From: an uncultured Acidobacteriota bacterium
GTDB taxonomy: Bacteria > Acidobacteriota > Blastocatellia > RBC074
NCBI GenBank assembly: GCA_963796275.1
Contig: CAWCKY010000002.1
Coordinates: 160,001-224,000 of the forward strand
Length of the DNA stretch: 64,000 bases
Direction of reading: 5' to 3'
The position numbers were made by a program, and so were the translations under genes. Shown piece after piece: positions 18,344 to 28,969 of the stretch. Numbering within the stretch: the first letter of the stretch is position 1; each line of letters opens with the position of its first letter. Below the pieces are notes generated by a model. That model worked only from the letters and a program-made list of their open reading frames with translations. It did no database searches and was not told the origin of the DNA.

Positions 18344-19201
18344 ATGGAAAAACACTTTCCCAAATCGTTGCAGGTTGGTTTAATCGGCGCAGGCATTCAG
18401 GCTTCGCGCTCGCCACATCTCCACGAATGCGAGGCCCGCGCGGCAGGCATCGTCTGCTCCTATCGATTGATCGATCTGGTGCAACTCGGCGTCGGCGTCG
18501 AATCCTTGCCGCAGCTGCTGGACGCTGTCCAGCAGCAGGGATTCGCCGGAGTCAATATCACACATCCCTGCAAACAATCGGTCATTCCGCTGCTAGACGA
18601 ACTGTCGGAGGATGCCACCATCATCGGTGCGGTCAACACGGTGGTTTTTTCCGCAGGCAAACGAATCGGGCACAATACCGATTGCTGGGGGTTTGCCGAA
18701 AGTTTCCGGCGAGGCCTTGCCGATGTTGCACGCAACCAAGTAGTCCTGCTCGGCGCGGGCGGCGCGGGATCCGCCGTAGCCAGCGCCGCACTACAAGTCG
18801 GTGTCACAAGGTTGGTGATTCACGATGTGATTTATTCGCGCGCCATTGCGCTTGCCGAACGATTGCGCCCACGTTTTGGCGCGGATCGCATCGCCATCGT
18901 CACTGACCTCTCGTCGGCAATGGCCGCGGCTGATGGATTGATTCAAGCGACACCCATCGGTATGCTCGGCCATCCTGGATTGCCGTTGCCCATTGAATTG
19001 CTGCGGCCTGCACATTGGGTCGCCGAGATCATTTACTTTCCGCTCGAGACAGAATTGCTGAAGTTAGCGCGCCTGCTGGGTTGCCGCACACTGGACGGTA
19101 GCGGAATGGTTGTCTTTCAGGCCGCCGAAGCGTTCCGCCTATTTACTGGCGTGGCGCCGGATTACGAAAGGATGCTGAGATGTTTCGCCATCCTGAGCTA
19201 A
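18344..19201 (+). CDS. aroE: Shikimate/quinate dehydrogenase (AroE/YdiB family)
   Basis: SRSP.LH, GVNITHPCK, GAVNTV, GHNTD, LLGAGGAG, ATPIGM and GMVVFQA motifs. Confidence 0.9.
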   Translation: MEKHFPKSLQVGLIGAGIQASRSPHLHECEARAAGIVCSYRLIDLVQLGVGVESLPQLLDAVQQQGFAGVNITHPCKQSVIPLLDELSEDATIIGAVNTVVFSAGKRIGHNTDCWGFAESFRRGLADVARNQVVLLGAGGAGSAVASAALQVGVTRLVIHDVIYSRAIALAERLRPRFGADRIAIVTDLSSAMAAADGLIQATPIGMLGHPGLPLPIELLRPAHWVAEIIYFPLETELLKLARLLGCRTLDGSGMVVFQAAEAFRLFTGVAPDYERMLRCFAILS

Positions 19202-19249
19202 TCACGGCCGTAGAACAAATAAAGTATGGGCTTCCGGACAGCATTAAGT

Positions 19250-19281
19250 CCAGGTGTGGAGCGCAAAGCGCTCCCACCTGG
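19250..19281. terminator. Hairpin between convergent genes
   Basis: ccaggtgtggagcgc-aaa-gcgctcccacctgg. Confidence 0.5.
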
Positions 19282-19314
19282 CTGTTATCTGTGCGACCCG
19301 CTGGGGGCTCGTCG

Positions 19315-21537
19315 CTAACGATAACGAAGGTTACCAACTTTTGTAATGAAAGCATCATCGGAGACGCCTCGAAGTTCCTTCTGAAAAGCCTCCGGCGTAG
19401 TCGGGAAGTCGGCCGAGCTTGTGCTCCCAACTACATAGGCATTCCCACGAATATCCAATGCAATTCCCTGCCCGAATTCCGAGGCGCTCCCGCCCAGGTG
19501 TGTGGAATAGACAAAACCATATCCATCGTCCTTCAACTTGCTCACGAAAGCATTTAGAGATGGTGTGACCGGAGCAGGCTGTACGGGATTGAGAGTCGGG
19601 AAGTCATTCGAATTAGTCGAACCTATGACGTAGGCGTTGCCTCGCGCATCCACCGCTATGCCTGTTCCACCATCGAGGAGGCTTCCACCTAGATAGGTAG
19701 AGTAGTGAATTTTCGTTCCAGATTGATCTATCTTGGCCACGAAGGCATCGTTGCCACCGGCCAAAGATGGTTGCCAGGGATTCATTGTGGGAAAATTGGT
19801 TGAACTGGTGGTCCCAGTAACATAAACATTACCACGAGCGTCCAAGGCGAGGCCATTCCCTATATCCGCGCCGTTACCTCCGAAGTAGGTTGAATAGATG
19901 AAGGCCGTGCCGCTGACGTCCAGCTTCGTCACGAAGGCATCTCCCCCTCGAATAAACTCTGAGTCGGCGAGCCTGGGCTGCAGCGGATCGGCGGTCGGGA
20001 AATCCATGGAAAAGGTCCCACCCACCAGATAGATGTTGCCGCTGCGATCTACCGCGATGTCACTGCCGAGATCGGCATCGCTGCCTCCGAGGTAGGTCGA
20101 GTAGACGAGCGCCGAACCCGCAGAGTTCAACTTGGTCACGAATGCATCCTGGGAGTTTGCGCGAGCCGGTTGCAGAGGATTCATCGTCGGGAAGTCGATC
20201 GACAGGGTAGAACCAGTCAGGTAGACGTTCCCCTGCCTATCAATCGCCAGGCCCAGACCTCGTTCTATTGAGCTGCCTCCCAGATAGGTCGAATAGATGA
20301 GCGCTGACCCGACAGGGTTCAACTTGGTTACAAAGACGTCTACAGCGCCTGAGAGAGCCGGTTGCAGAGGATTCATCGTCGGGAAATCGCCCGAGGCAGT
20401 ATAACCGGTCAGATAGGCATTTCCTTCCCGGTCAACCTCAATGTCAAGACCCTCTTCGCTGCCGTTGCCCCCGAGATAGGTCGAGTAGACCAGCGCCGAC
20501 CCATTCGCGTTGAGTTTGGTCACAAAAACATCAGAAGCCAGGCCCCCGCCGGGAGCCGGCTGTAGAGGATCGGCTGTCGGGAAGTCCGGTGAAAAGGTAA
20601 GCCCGCTGACATAGGCATTTCCGGCGGCATCGACGGCAACCCCCTGAGCGACATCAGACGCGGTGCCTCCGAGGTAGGTGGAGTAGCCCAGGACAGGATC
20701 GATCACCAGTGACTGGGCCGTATCATAAGCAGCCACCTCGAATCCGACATGTTGCCCTCCTCTCAGCACATAACGGCTGAGTATCTCCCGTCTACGGCCA
20801 TTCATTTCCTGATAGGTCACAGGTTTGCGCTGACGCAGCTCACCGCCCTCTATGTGCAGGATGAGATCACCTTGCCCATCCACCTCCATCCGGTCCGCCC
20901 CATCAAAGGTGAGCGTGATGGCATTGGGATCGGCGCCGGGCGATACGACGAAGTCATACTCGAGTTGCTGCTGGTTGCCATAGTAGATCAGATCGATTCC
21001 GGGATAGACACTACTGTAACGCACCTGTGCATAGTTCGTAACATTCCTGCGCCATCGGCTCGGATCGTTGCCGATGAAATAGTTGCTCTTACCCGGAAGC
21101 GCATCCACCCCTTCGATATGCGGTGCAGAGTTGGCGCCGGTGAGCTTCATTCGGACCACCGATCGCAGATCGGCACAGCTCACCGCTCTTTCACTTCGTA
21201 GCGCCAGTACGGCCTCGGTTGGAGTCAGAAACAGGTTGTAGCCATTGCCGCGGGAGAAAAATTTAACCCGCGCATCAGTCTGGCCCGCATTGGCTTCGAA
21301 CCTCATGGGCAGGTTGCCGTATGCCTCAGTCGTGCGAGCCCTGGACTGTTGATCGGCACCTGACAACGGTGTGCGGAAACTATATTTTTCGGTATTCACT
21401 GTAGGGGCAACGGAGAATCGGTCAGGCGCCCCTGACCGGCGCCAGGCAAATGCCGGTCCTGCCGGAAGATGGAAAAGGCCAATCATGATCAGAGTGAGCG
21501 TGATTATCCGCCGAACGGAATTTCCCGAAAGTTGCAT
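19315..21537 (-). CDS. Secreted SBBP (beta-propeller repeat) protein
   Basis: FEANAGQTD and LVIDPVL.YSTYLGG, then about seven YSTYLGG...IAVD..GNAYV.G.T.S.DFPT repeats. AGGAG RBS precedes ATG 21537. Confidence 0.85.
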   Translation of the reverse strand: MQLSGNSVRRIITLTLIMIGLFHLPAGPAFAWRRSGAPDRFSVAPTVNTEKYSFRTPLSGADQQSRARTTEAYGNLPMRFEANAGQTDARVKFFSRGNGYNLFLTPTEAVLALRSERAVSCADLRSVVRMKLTGANSAPHIEGVDALPGKSNYFIGNDPSRWRRNVTNYAQVRYSSVYPGIDLIYYGNQQQLEYDFVVSPGADPNAITLTFDGADRMEVDGQGDLILHIEGGELRQRKPVTYQEMNGRRREILSRYVLRGGQHVGFEVAAYDTAQSLVIDPVLGYSTYLGGTASDVAQGVAVDAAGNAYVSGLTFSPDFPTADPLQPAPGGGLASDVFVTKLNANGSALVYSTYLGGNGSEEGLDIEVDREGNAYLTGYTASGDFPTMNPLQPALSGAVDVFVTKLNPVGSALIYSTYLGGSSIERGLGLAIDRQGNVYLTGSTLSIDFPTMNPLQPARANSQDAFVTKLNSAGSALVYSTYLGGSDADLGSDIAVDRSGNIYLVGGTFSMDFPTADPLQPRLADSEFIRGGDAFVTKLDVSGTAFIYSTYFGGNGADIGNGLALDARGNVYVTGTTSSTNFPTMNPWQPSLAGGNDAFVAKIDQSGTKIHYSTYLGGSLLDGGTGIAVDARGNAYVIGSTNSNDFPTLNPVQPAPVTPSLNAFVSKLKDDGYGFVYSTHLGGSASEFGQGIALDIRGNAYVVGSTSSADFPTTPEAFQKELRGVSDDAFITKVGNLRYR

Positions 21538-22043
21538 GAAACGTCTCCTATTGTAGATGGGAAAACCTAAACCAACGCACACCGGACCGATACAGTGGTG
21601 ATTGACCGAAGATCGACATTCACCAGACTACCTGCGCCGATCTGCAAGATCAGCGTCGATCCGAGGTTTCACCGACATTCAACTATCTTCAGATGTACCA
21701 ATCCATGGTGTTCTAATTTAGGTTCAAAAAGGGGTATTCATTGGCATAAAGTTGCTGACTGAGGATGGATATTACCATGAGGTAAAATATTCTGGCATTT
21801 CTAAACCTGATACCATAGCCCGGCATTAGTTCTAAATGGTTTTCAAAAGAACGTCACACTTCATCCCTGCCCTTCGCCAAAATTCGTTTTTGCCCTGGCG
21901 ACATCTCTTTTTCTTCAGTATTTTTTGTCACCCTGGAATAGAATGAAACATGACTGAGCTGATTATAAACGTCTTCGGATTAATCGGTTCATTAAAACTT
22001 CACATTGGCTTTGACGTTGGAAGTGCCGGTACAACTAAGCTGA

Positions 22044-23282
22044 ATGAAATCTGAGATCATCACCACCCACCTACATCTCACGCTGAGCGAGGCGCGTCGA
22101 ATCGCGTTATCGGCACAGGGCTTTGATCGCCCACGTCCGAAAAGAAAAGTGAATGCGAATCATATCAGCGACGCGATACGCCGGCTCGGCCTTGTGCAGA
22201 TCGATTACGTCAACGTCCTGACGCCAGCGCACTATCTGGTACTCTTCTCGCGGCTCGGCCCATACGAAAATTCGATCTTCGATGATCTTATTTACCGGCG
22301 GCGCGTATTCACCGAGCAGTGGGCGCACGAGGCGTCGATCCTGCCGATGGAGAGTTGGCCATTGTTGCGCCATCGTATGGAAACGCACAGAGTACGCCCG
22401 TGGGGTTTTGAATCGTTTATAAAAGAGCGTGGGGATTACGTCGATCGGGTGCTCGACGAAGTGCGTTCGCGCGGGCCGCTCGGCGCCGACGATCTGCAGG
22501 CGCCGGAAGGAATGTCTCATCGTCTTCCTGTGACCTGGGGAGGGACAGTTAGCAGGGCCTCCAGGGCCGTGCTCGAAGCGCTGTTCGGACGTGGCAAGCT
22601 TGCGGTAGCGGAAAGGCGTCCCAATTTCTCGCGTACCTATGACCTGGCGGAGCGCGTGATCCCGACTGAGCATCACGGCCGCAAGATAGAACGCGATGAA
22701 GCTCAGCGTGAATTGCTGCGACTGGCTACCCGTTCGCACGGCGTCGGCACGGCCGGCGATCTGGCCGATTATTACCGCATGCCAATTCGAGAAGCCCGTC
22801 AGCGCATTTCCGAACTGGTCGAGGCGGGAGAATTACACGAGGCGCGCGTCGAAGGCTGGCGTGAACCGGCTTATCTTCACCCCAAGGCGCAAGCGCCCAA
22901 GCGAATCAATTCCTCGGCGTTGCTGTCGCCGTTCGATCCAGTGGTTTGGAATCGCCAGCGCGCGGCGCGGCTCTTTGGATTTGATTATCGCATAGAGATA
23001 TACACACCGCAGGAGAAGCGCCGTTGGGGTTACTACGTATTACCTTTTCTGCTCGGCGAGCGCATTGCCGCTCGCGTTGACCTTAAAGCTGACCGTGCCG
23101 CGCGCCGATTGCTAGCACCAGCGGCCTACCTTGAGCCTGGAGCCGATCCTGGCGAGGCTGCCGATGCGCTCGCGACGGAGTTGCTTAGAATGGCGATCTG
23201 GCTAGGGCTCGACTCCGTCCATGTTGAAAATCGCAACGGTTTTGCCCGGAGGCTCGCCGCCGCCGTTCGCGCTCGCGTTTGA
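22044..23282 (+). CDS. ycaQ: YcaQ/AlkZ-family winged-helix crosslink-repair DNA glycosylase
   Basis: LVQIDYVN (QxD), EQWAHEAS, LLSPFDP and YRIEIYTP..KR.WGYYVLPFL motifs. Confidence 0.85.
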   Translation: MKSEIITTHLHLTLSEARRIALSAQGFDRPRPKRKVNANHISDAIRRLGLVQIDYVNVLTPAHYLVLFSRLGPYENSIFDDLIYRRRVFTEQWAHEASILPMESWPLLRHRMETHRVRPWGFESFIKERGDYVDRVLDEVRSRGPLGADDLQAPEGMSHRLPVTWGGTVSRASRAVLEALFGRGKLAVAERRPNFSRTYDLAERVIPTEHHGRKIERDEAQRELLRLATRSHGVGTAGDLADYYRMPIREARQRISELVEAGELHEARVEGWREPAYLHPKAQAPKRINSSALLSPFDPVVWNRQRAARLFGFDYRIEIYTPQEKRRWGYYVLPFLLGERIAARVDLKADRAARRLLAPAAYLEPGADPGEAADALATELLRMAIWLGLDSVHVENRNGFARRLAAAVRARV

Positions 23283-23407
23283 TTAAGCAGGATGGATAGA
23301 TGACGATTATCACAAATGCCGAGAACTATTGTCCTTACCTGCGCAGGTATCGAAAGAACTCAAAAAAAAGACCAGTGGTTAAGTAGTAATCAGCTTGCTA
23401 TAAGTTG

Positions 23408-25393
23408 TTAATAATCTATCTTGACCGTCAGGTTCCTTGTCTCCTCGGTGTTGCCGGCGCGGTCGACCGACCGGTAATTGACGGTAGTGATGCCTTCATT
23501 GCTGATTACCAGCCTGCCGGCATAAGGCAGCCAGGTCGCTCCGCCGTCGGTCGAAAACTCTGTTCCGGCTACGCCTGAGCAATTGTCTATCCCCCTCAAC
23601 GTTACAGTAACATCCCGGGTGTACCACCCGTTAGCATCATTCGGTGCGGCTGGCGAGATAGTGGCACTGGTCACCGGTGCGATCTTTTCCGGCTGCAGAT
23701 CGGCATTCGCCACAGTCCCGGCTGTTACCGAGATGAGGCACGAATGAAGACTCTCTGATCCCAGTTCAGCTCTCACCAGATATCGGCCGGGAGTTAAATC
23801 GACACCACCAAAAAATCCGCCGCCGTCCGTCGCAGTTATGTGTCTGGCGGAGTTATCCAGATTCTCAATGGTCACCTTTGCCGTATCGAGCGGCGTTCCG
23901 CCAGGTCGTTTCGCAAAGCCCATCAGATGGCCGAGCGCCGGTGAGGCTTTCCAGGGGAGAGTCGGGATAGCGGCTGTTTGCTCGAAAACGGGAGCATGGT
24001 AAGTAGCGGGGTTTTCGTAGAGTCGGCTGCCGTCGATCGATTTGCCTGTGGTCAGTCCCGCGGCCAGCTCGGTGAATGGGCGCGGCGGCGGCTTCTTCTC
24101 CGTGGGGATCGAACGCAGATTCGCGGAAACCGCGGCGTTCGAACTCGCCATTGAATAGAAGATCGTTCCGAGGGTGCTTTTTCCTGTAGTCGATGGCGAG
24201 AGCGCGCGCCGGGTCTGTCTCAGGGTTCCCTCGATCGAGTTGAGATAAACGCCGATCCCAACCAGCGCGGAGCGGTTGTATTGGTGATTCTTCACCCATT
24301 CGCTCCACCGATCGAATTGCCTCACACCGGATGAAGCATTCTCGCGTTTATAGTTCATCGGCATGGCGATGTCCAGAACGCCCTCCTCGATCCATGCCCT
24401 CCAATCCTGAAAGACACGCCAATAGGGTTCTGCCGCCCGCCATGATGTTTCCGTGGTTGGGCGGCCGCCGAATGCGATGAGCGCCGCAGATACTTTCACG
24501 CGAGGCTTGAGAGCGACGGTGTTGAGATAGATGCGACGAACCAGATTGGTCACCTGATCACGGCGCCACTGGCTCCAGCGCGGATCGTTCTGAGCCGGCG
24601 GCGGAGATCCTGCGGCGATGCCATGGCGCCGCTGAAACCGCGCCACGTTGGTTTCGTTATAACCGATATTCGTCCCCGTAGACGGCGTTTGACCCGAGAT
24701 GGATATTTCAGGATATCGAATTCGATCCAGATGCAGACCATCTATATCGTAGCTGCGGACGAGATGCATCAGCGCATTGACGGTGTAGGCCGCCGCGTCC
24801 GGGTGGCCCGGCTCCATCCAGAATTCCGATCCGATGCGATGCCCCTGAAAGGTGACACCGCCGGCCCCATCCGGGAGAAGCGTGCGGGTCAGCCAGTTGT
24901 TCGGTCCGGGTATCACTTGCATCGTAATCGGATCATAGCCGCCGTGCAGGTTGAAGATATGATTCGGATTGGTCGGCGGCCCCAGGGTGGCGGTCGGAGC
25001 AAAGGTTGGATTCTTGTTCCAGACCGCACCGATGATGACGAAGGCATGTACTTCGATACCGTGGGCGTGAGCGTGGGTAATCAGATCGTGCAGAGGATCG
25101 AAGCCGGGCGCAATCGGAATAAAGTCCGGCAGAGGCTCGAGCGATTCTAGGTACCAGGAATCGCCGCGCCGCCGCACCTGTGCGATGATCGCGTTTGCTT
25201 TGGCCATCCGGGCATTATTCACTACCGCGACGATATCGTCGTGGTTGTTGAGCGCTGTATTGAAGGTGTCGACCCAGAATGCGCGATACCGGCTGAGGGA
25301 TTTTGCCGGTGTCGAAGGAACGATCAGGATAACGCCGATTAAAAGTCCAATGAAATGCCGGTAAAAATGATAAATATTAATCGAGATGGCCAT
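23408..25393 (-). CDS. GHL10 (DUF187/YngK-like) glycoside hydrolase with carboxypeptidase-regulatory-like and Ig-like C-terminal domains
   Basis: RAFWVD, QVRRRGD, HGIEVHA, YDIDGLHLD.IRYP and QDW..W motifs; C-terminal YRSVDRAGNTE. Confidence 0.85.
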   Translation of the reverse strand: MAISINIYHFYRHFIGLLIGVILIVPSTPAKSLSRYRAFWVDTFNTALNNHDDIVAVVNNARMAKANAIIAQVRRRGDSWYLESLEPLPDFIPIAPGFDPLHDLITHAHAHGIEVHAFVIIGAVWNKNPTFAPTATLGPPTNPNHIFNLHGGYDPITMQVIPGPNNWLTRTLLPDGAGGVTFQGHRIGSEFWMEPGHPDAAAYTVNALMHLVRSYDIDGLHLDRIRYPEISISGQTPSTGTNIGYNETNVARFQRRHGIAAGSPPPAQNDPRWSQWRRDQVTNLVRRIYLNTVALKPRVKVSAALIAFGGRPTTETSWRAAEPYWRVFQDWRAWIEEGVLDIAMPMNYKRENASSGVRQFDRWSEWVKNHQYNRSALVGIGVYLNSIEGTLRQTRRALSPSTTGKSTLGTIFYSMASSNAAVSANLRSIPTEKKPPPRPFTELAAGLTTGKSIDGSRLYENPATYHAPVFEQTAAIPTLPWKASPALGHLMGFAKRPGGTPLDTAKVTIENLDNSARHITATDGGGFFGGVDLTPGRYLVRAELGSESLHSCLISVTAGTVANADLQPEKIAPVTSATISPAAPNDANGWYTRDVTVTLRGIDNCSGVAGTEFSTDGGATWLPYAGRLVISNEGITTVNYRSVDRAGNTEETRNLTVKIDY

Positions 25394-25614
25394 GTCGAAG
25401 ACACTTGGGACCAGTGCGATCTTGCATTCTTTCTCTTCTTCAATCTCCTTTCAATGGTGTGATTCAATTGTTCGATTGTTCAATTAAGGTCTGAAAGCAG
25501 GGGAAGTCGTGAGATCGGGCAGAGTCTATGGTAGTGAGAGACGTTCGGTCAATAGAACATGGGCCGAATTATCAGCATTTCATCTAAAATTGCGATACGC
25601 GATCTCGTCGGGTT

Positions 25615-25770
25615 TTCAACAGAAGCGAAATCTACAAATCAGACTGCAGGCGATATTTGACTCCCAGCTCCAGTACTCCGATGATCTTTTATGGCCTCCC
25701 ATCCAGGTGTGTCACGACCGATGACGCAGGGATCAGAGCCGAATCGCTCGCACCAGAGCCGAGACTATCG
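25615..25770 (-). pseudogene. Decayed ADOP/MacB-type ABC permease fragment
   Basis: Manual translation across a frameshift gives LWCERFGSDPCVIGR / HLDGRP*KIIGVL...SDL*ISL. Confidence 0.5.
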
Positions 25771-26383
25771 GTCCAAGCCTTCAAATCGTATTTGGCACGC
25801 GAGCGGTCGTTGCGACGTGAAATGGCAGGGTTCGAAAAAATCTTGTGACTAAGCGAAGCTTTTTCGCTTTTCGTGTGTATTAAGTAACGAGCAGATTTTT
25901 CAGACTACTGGTCAGGCAATTACTGGTATTGTTCTCCGTTACCGTTGATTAAACTTGTTTCAGGTATCCCACTCCGTATGCCATCATTGCCTATCCTCTA
26001 GCCACTCATCTGACGTCTGGTTCTCTGTCTAAACCGTCAGATATTTCTAGAGCTGCGACCTGATGTTATTCCCCGCAGGTCCGCGAGGGCCGTGGCGCGT
26101 CTGTGAGCATAGCCGCAAAAACACTTGGCCGGACGAAGCTTCTCTCTTAAGGGCCGAATTTGTGAAACGCGTTTTACCACGATCGCTAGCTGGCGATCCT
26201 GAGATCAAGGCCGCAGTGAACATGAGATCAAGCTTCCAACTTTCTAGTTGGTCCGCCTCGGACGTCTGTGATCGGCATCGTATGCAGGCGCCAGAGCCGG
26301 GAATTCTAAATCAACGATGCTATCTCTTACGCTATAGGGTCAGAGTGACTACCAGATTTCGATGAAGGAAAGGAGGCGATTGA

Positions 26384-27274
26384 GTGGCGAAAGATTTCAA
26401 TATTATTCAATGGGTTGTCCCGTTGGCGCTGATCCTCGGTGGCCCGATCCTCGGCGTGTTCGTTGACAAATTTGTCCTCGGCAGGGTCCGGAAGTCCCTT
26501 GCACGGACCGGGTGGGGCGGGGATGAGTTTGTCGTCAACGCGCTGCGTGGCATGCCGATACTGTGGCTGACGCTGCTCGGCGCATATTCAGCTCTGCAAA
26601 GCCTGCCGCTCAGCCCGTCGTTGCAAAGCCTCGCGATGAACGCGTTGCTCGTCGGCGCCATTCTGTCGGTCACGATCACTGCGGCGAAGGTCGCCGCCGG
26701 GCTGGTCGGGGTATATGCGCGTCACATCGAGGGGGCGCTGCCCGCCACAACGCTCTTCACAAATTTGACGAAGCTGCTCGTCTTTTTAATCGGCTCGATG
26801 ATCATCCTTCAGACGCTGAACATCTCGATCACACCGATTCTCACAACGCTGGGTGTGGGCGGGCTGGCGGTCGCTCTGGCGTTACGGGACACGCTTTCGA
26901 ATCTCTTCTCGGGCCTGCAAGTCGTCGCCTCGAGGCAGGTCAAGCCGGGCGATTACGTTAAGCTCGAGTCCGGCGAGGAAGGGTATGTCAATGACATCAC
27001 CTGGCGCAACACGGCGATTCGCGCGCTGCCGAACAACATGGTGATCGTGCCCAACTCCAAGCTGGCTTCCGGCCTTGTCACCAATTACTACCAGCCCGAA
27101 AAAGAGATGTCCGTGCCTGTACAGATCGGGATCAGCTACCAGAGCGATCTGAATAAGCTCGAGCAGGTTACGATTGATGTGGCGAAAGAAGTGACCGGAA
27201 ACACCGTAGATGCCGAACTCCTGCTTCAGCAAGAATATCCACCAACAAGTCCGTCACTTTTTACTTCGCCATAG
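26384..27274 (+). CDS. mscS: Small-conductance mechanosensitive channel, C-terminally truncated
   Basis: LGVGGLAVALALRDTLSNLFSG, GDYV, EG.V.DITWR.T and VPNSKL motifs. The C-terminal domain breaks off after about AKEV. Confidence 0.8.
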   Translation: MAKDFNIIQWVVPLALILGGPILGVFVDKFVLGRVRKSLARTGWGGDEFVVNALRGMPILWLTLLGAYSALQSLPLSPSLQSLAMNALLVGAILSVTITAAKVAAGLVGVYARHIEGALPATTLFTNLTKLLVFLIGSMIILQTLNISITPILTTLGVGGLAVALALRDTLSNLFSGLQVVASRQVKPGDYVKLESGEEGYVNDITWRNTAIRALPNNMVIVPNSKLASGLVTNYYQPEKEMSVPVQIGISYQSDLNKLEQVTIDVAKEVTGNTVDAELLLQQEYPPTSPSLFTSP

Positions 27275-27306
27275 GGCTATCCTCTCCGAGGGAATGGAAG
27301 TAGATT

Positions 27307-27855
27307 TCACTTTTTCCCCGAATGCGTGTCTTCCCTCTCCGGCAACACCTTCGCTAACACCAGCGCCACTCCAATTCCGATAGAAACCTCGGCGAACCGA
27401 TGAAAGGCGATTCGCCATGAAGGAATCTCCGTCCGCGGCACCATCAACACAATCGCCAGCGTAATGCCTCCGAACCGATATGCAGTAAGATCCGCGCGCG
27501 CCACGGCGCAAAGCAGTCCCAGGATGAACACGCAAGTGCCGAATACAAGCATGTATGGCCCGAAGTAACTTGCCGCAATCGCGCCAACTACCGCACCAAG
27601 CCCCGTCCCGACAAAACGCTGTCGGGAAACGGCTAGCGCCGAACCCAGCGATGACTGTGTAATTGCCAGGGTGGTAATCGGCGCCCAGTATGATTCCGGC
27701 AGCCGGAACAACCGCGCTACCAACAGCGAAGCTACACACGCCATGGCTGTCCGCACGGATTGCACCAAAACCGGCCACTTGACTCTATTATTACTCTGCA
27801 CATTTCCTCTCACCGCCGTGACGACCTTCACTTCTCGTGAGTAAGAACCTGTCAT
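27307..27855 (-). CDS. FUSC/aromatic acid exporter family membrane protein
   Basis: YWAPITTL...QS, RFVGT.LG and RFAEVSIGI motifs. Confidence 0.75.
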   Translation of the reverse strand: MTGSYSREVKVVTAVRGNVQSNNRVKWPVLVQSVRTAMACVASLLVARLFRLPESYWAPITTLAITQSSLGSALAVSRQRFVGTGLGAVVGAIAASYFGPYMLVFGTCVFILGLLCAVARADLTAYRFGGITLAIVLMVPRTEIPSWRIAFHRFAEVSIGIGVALVLAKVLPEREDTHSGKK

Positions 27856-28018
27856 CTCTCACCACTTAGCAGCCGCGAGGTACGATTGGCGGTCCTACAA
27901 CAATCCACGCCCACAATGCGAAACTTTATGTATGGTCGTAAGCCGCCGACCTGTGCTTACTTCAACCCCAACTTCTCTCAAATTCTCGATGTCAATTTGC
28001 ATGTCTCATCGTTTGAGG

Positions 28019-28034
28019 GGCAAGCTCTGTGCCA
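28019..28034 (-). promoter_or_regulatory. Consensus sigma-54 promoter pointing to the FUSC gene
   Basis: Minus strand reads TGGCACAGAGCTTGC, matching TGGCAC-N5-TTGC. Confidence 0.6.
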
Positions 28035-28212
28035 CTTGCAGGTAATTTGAACCACCAGTCCTCCTGAGTCATCAGCTCGTGTTCGATTTCGGCAATCGCG
28101 GTTTCGGCATATCTCGGTAGGACTTCGCAGACGGATTGCGGGAAGAAAAGGGGAGTACAACGGATAATATGTCGGTAGATGATTGGTGTACGGCTGATGC
28201 TAAGACATTTTG

Positions 28213-28280
28213 ATGGGCTCGGTCATCCTTATCGGCGATGAAATCAACGCTGAGATCGCCCACTCCGCGGACAAACCCAT
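28213..28280 (+). pseudogene. Possible YihY/BrkB C-terminal remnant
   Basis: GSVILIGDEINAEIAH resembles the YihY motif IL.GAE.NAEI.H. Confidence 0.35.
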
Positions 28281-28969
28281 AATTCCAAAGAGTCCTCCGA
28301 GCAACCGCATGCTGCCTCAAGGAATGTCCCGGCAATCTCACGCCTATTCCCGAAAAGTTTGACACCCGGCAGTCCCAGCAATTACGTTCCTAACCTCATT
28401 GTCACGGAAGCTGTTACCAAGGCAAATGTTCCCACAACTAAGTATATTATAGAAGCGTGTATTCTTGAGTTCACCGCTCGGCGTAAAGATTCGTCGCCGC
28501 AGTTGCCATTCGCTGGTGTCTTATGGCAGTGGCCCATGTAATCCCGGCGGCTTGAGAGGCCGTCAGATATTTGTTGACGACGCCGAGCGAAAGACGGAGC
28601 GTTATCACCGCTCCCTGTCGCCAGCCGCATCCCTCGGGTGAGAAGGCCACTGAAATAACGCCGCAGCTTGAATGATGTACTAATGATTATGTAAACGTTG
28701 GCTGAATCTCCCAAAAGCCTACAGAAATGATAGGCGGGCGTAACACAAGAAAACGTTCGGCGCATAAAAACCATCGCAACAGCAGAAAAGCTGAAGGAGC
28801 TTTGTTCACTGAGTCTTCTTCCCTCCCCTCCCATAAACTGTCTATGCTTAGCACATCCACAACCAAGTTAACAACGAGTCGCTGGGGATGTGAAGTCCTT
28901 GTCTCACCTGGAAGCGATGAATGCGCATGGTCTAAAATGGGCCCTTCAGGTTATCAATGAGGACAGCAT

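Noticed and set aside
21741-21756. TTGGCATAAAGTTGCT sigma-54-like box
   Set aside because: The GG-GC spacing is 9 nt rather than the required 10.
25331-25375. Weak 11-bp periodicity on the minus strand resembling the KdpE-type boxes
   Set aside because: It lies in the GHL10 signal-peptide coding region and lacks the invariant core and the -10.
28540-28640. Cluster of small hairpins, possible ncRNA or riboswitch
   Set aside because: It matches no riboswitch consensus I recognise; an Rfam/Infernal search would be needed.
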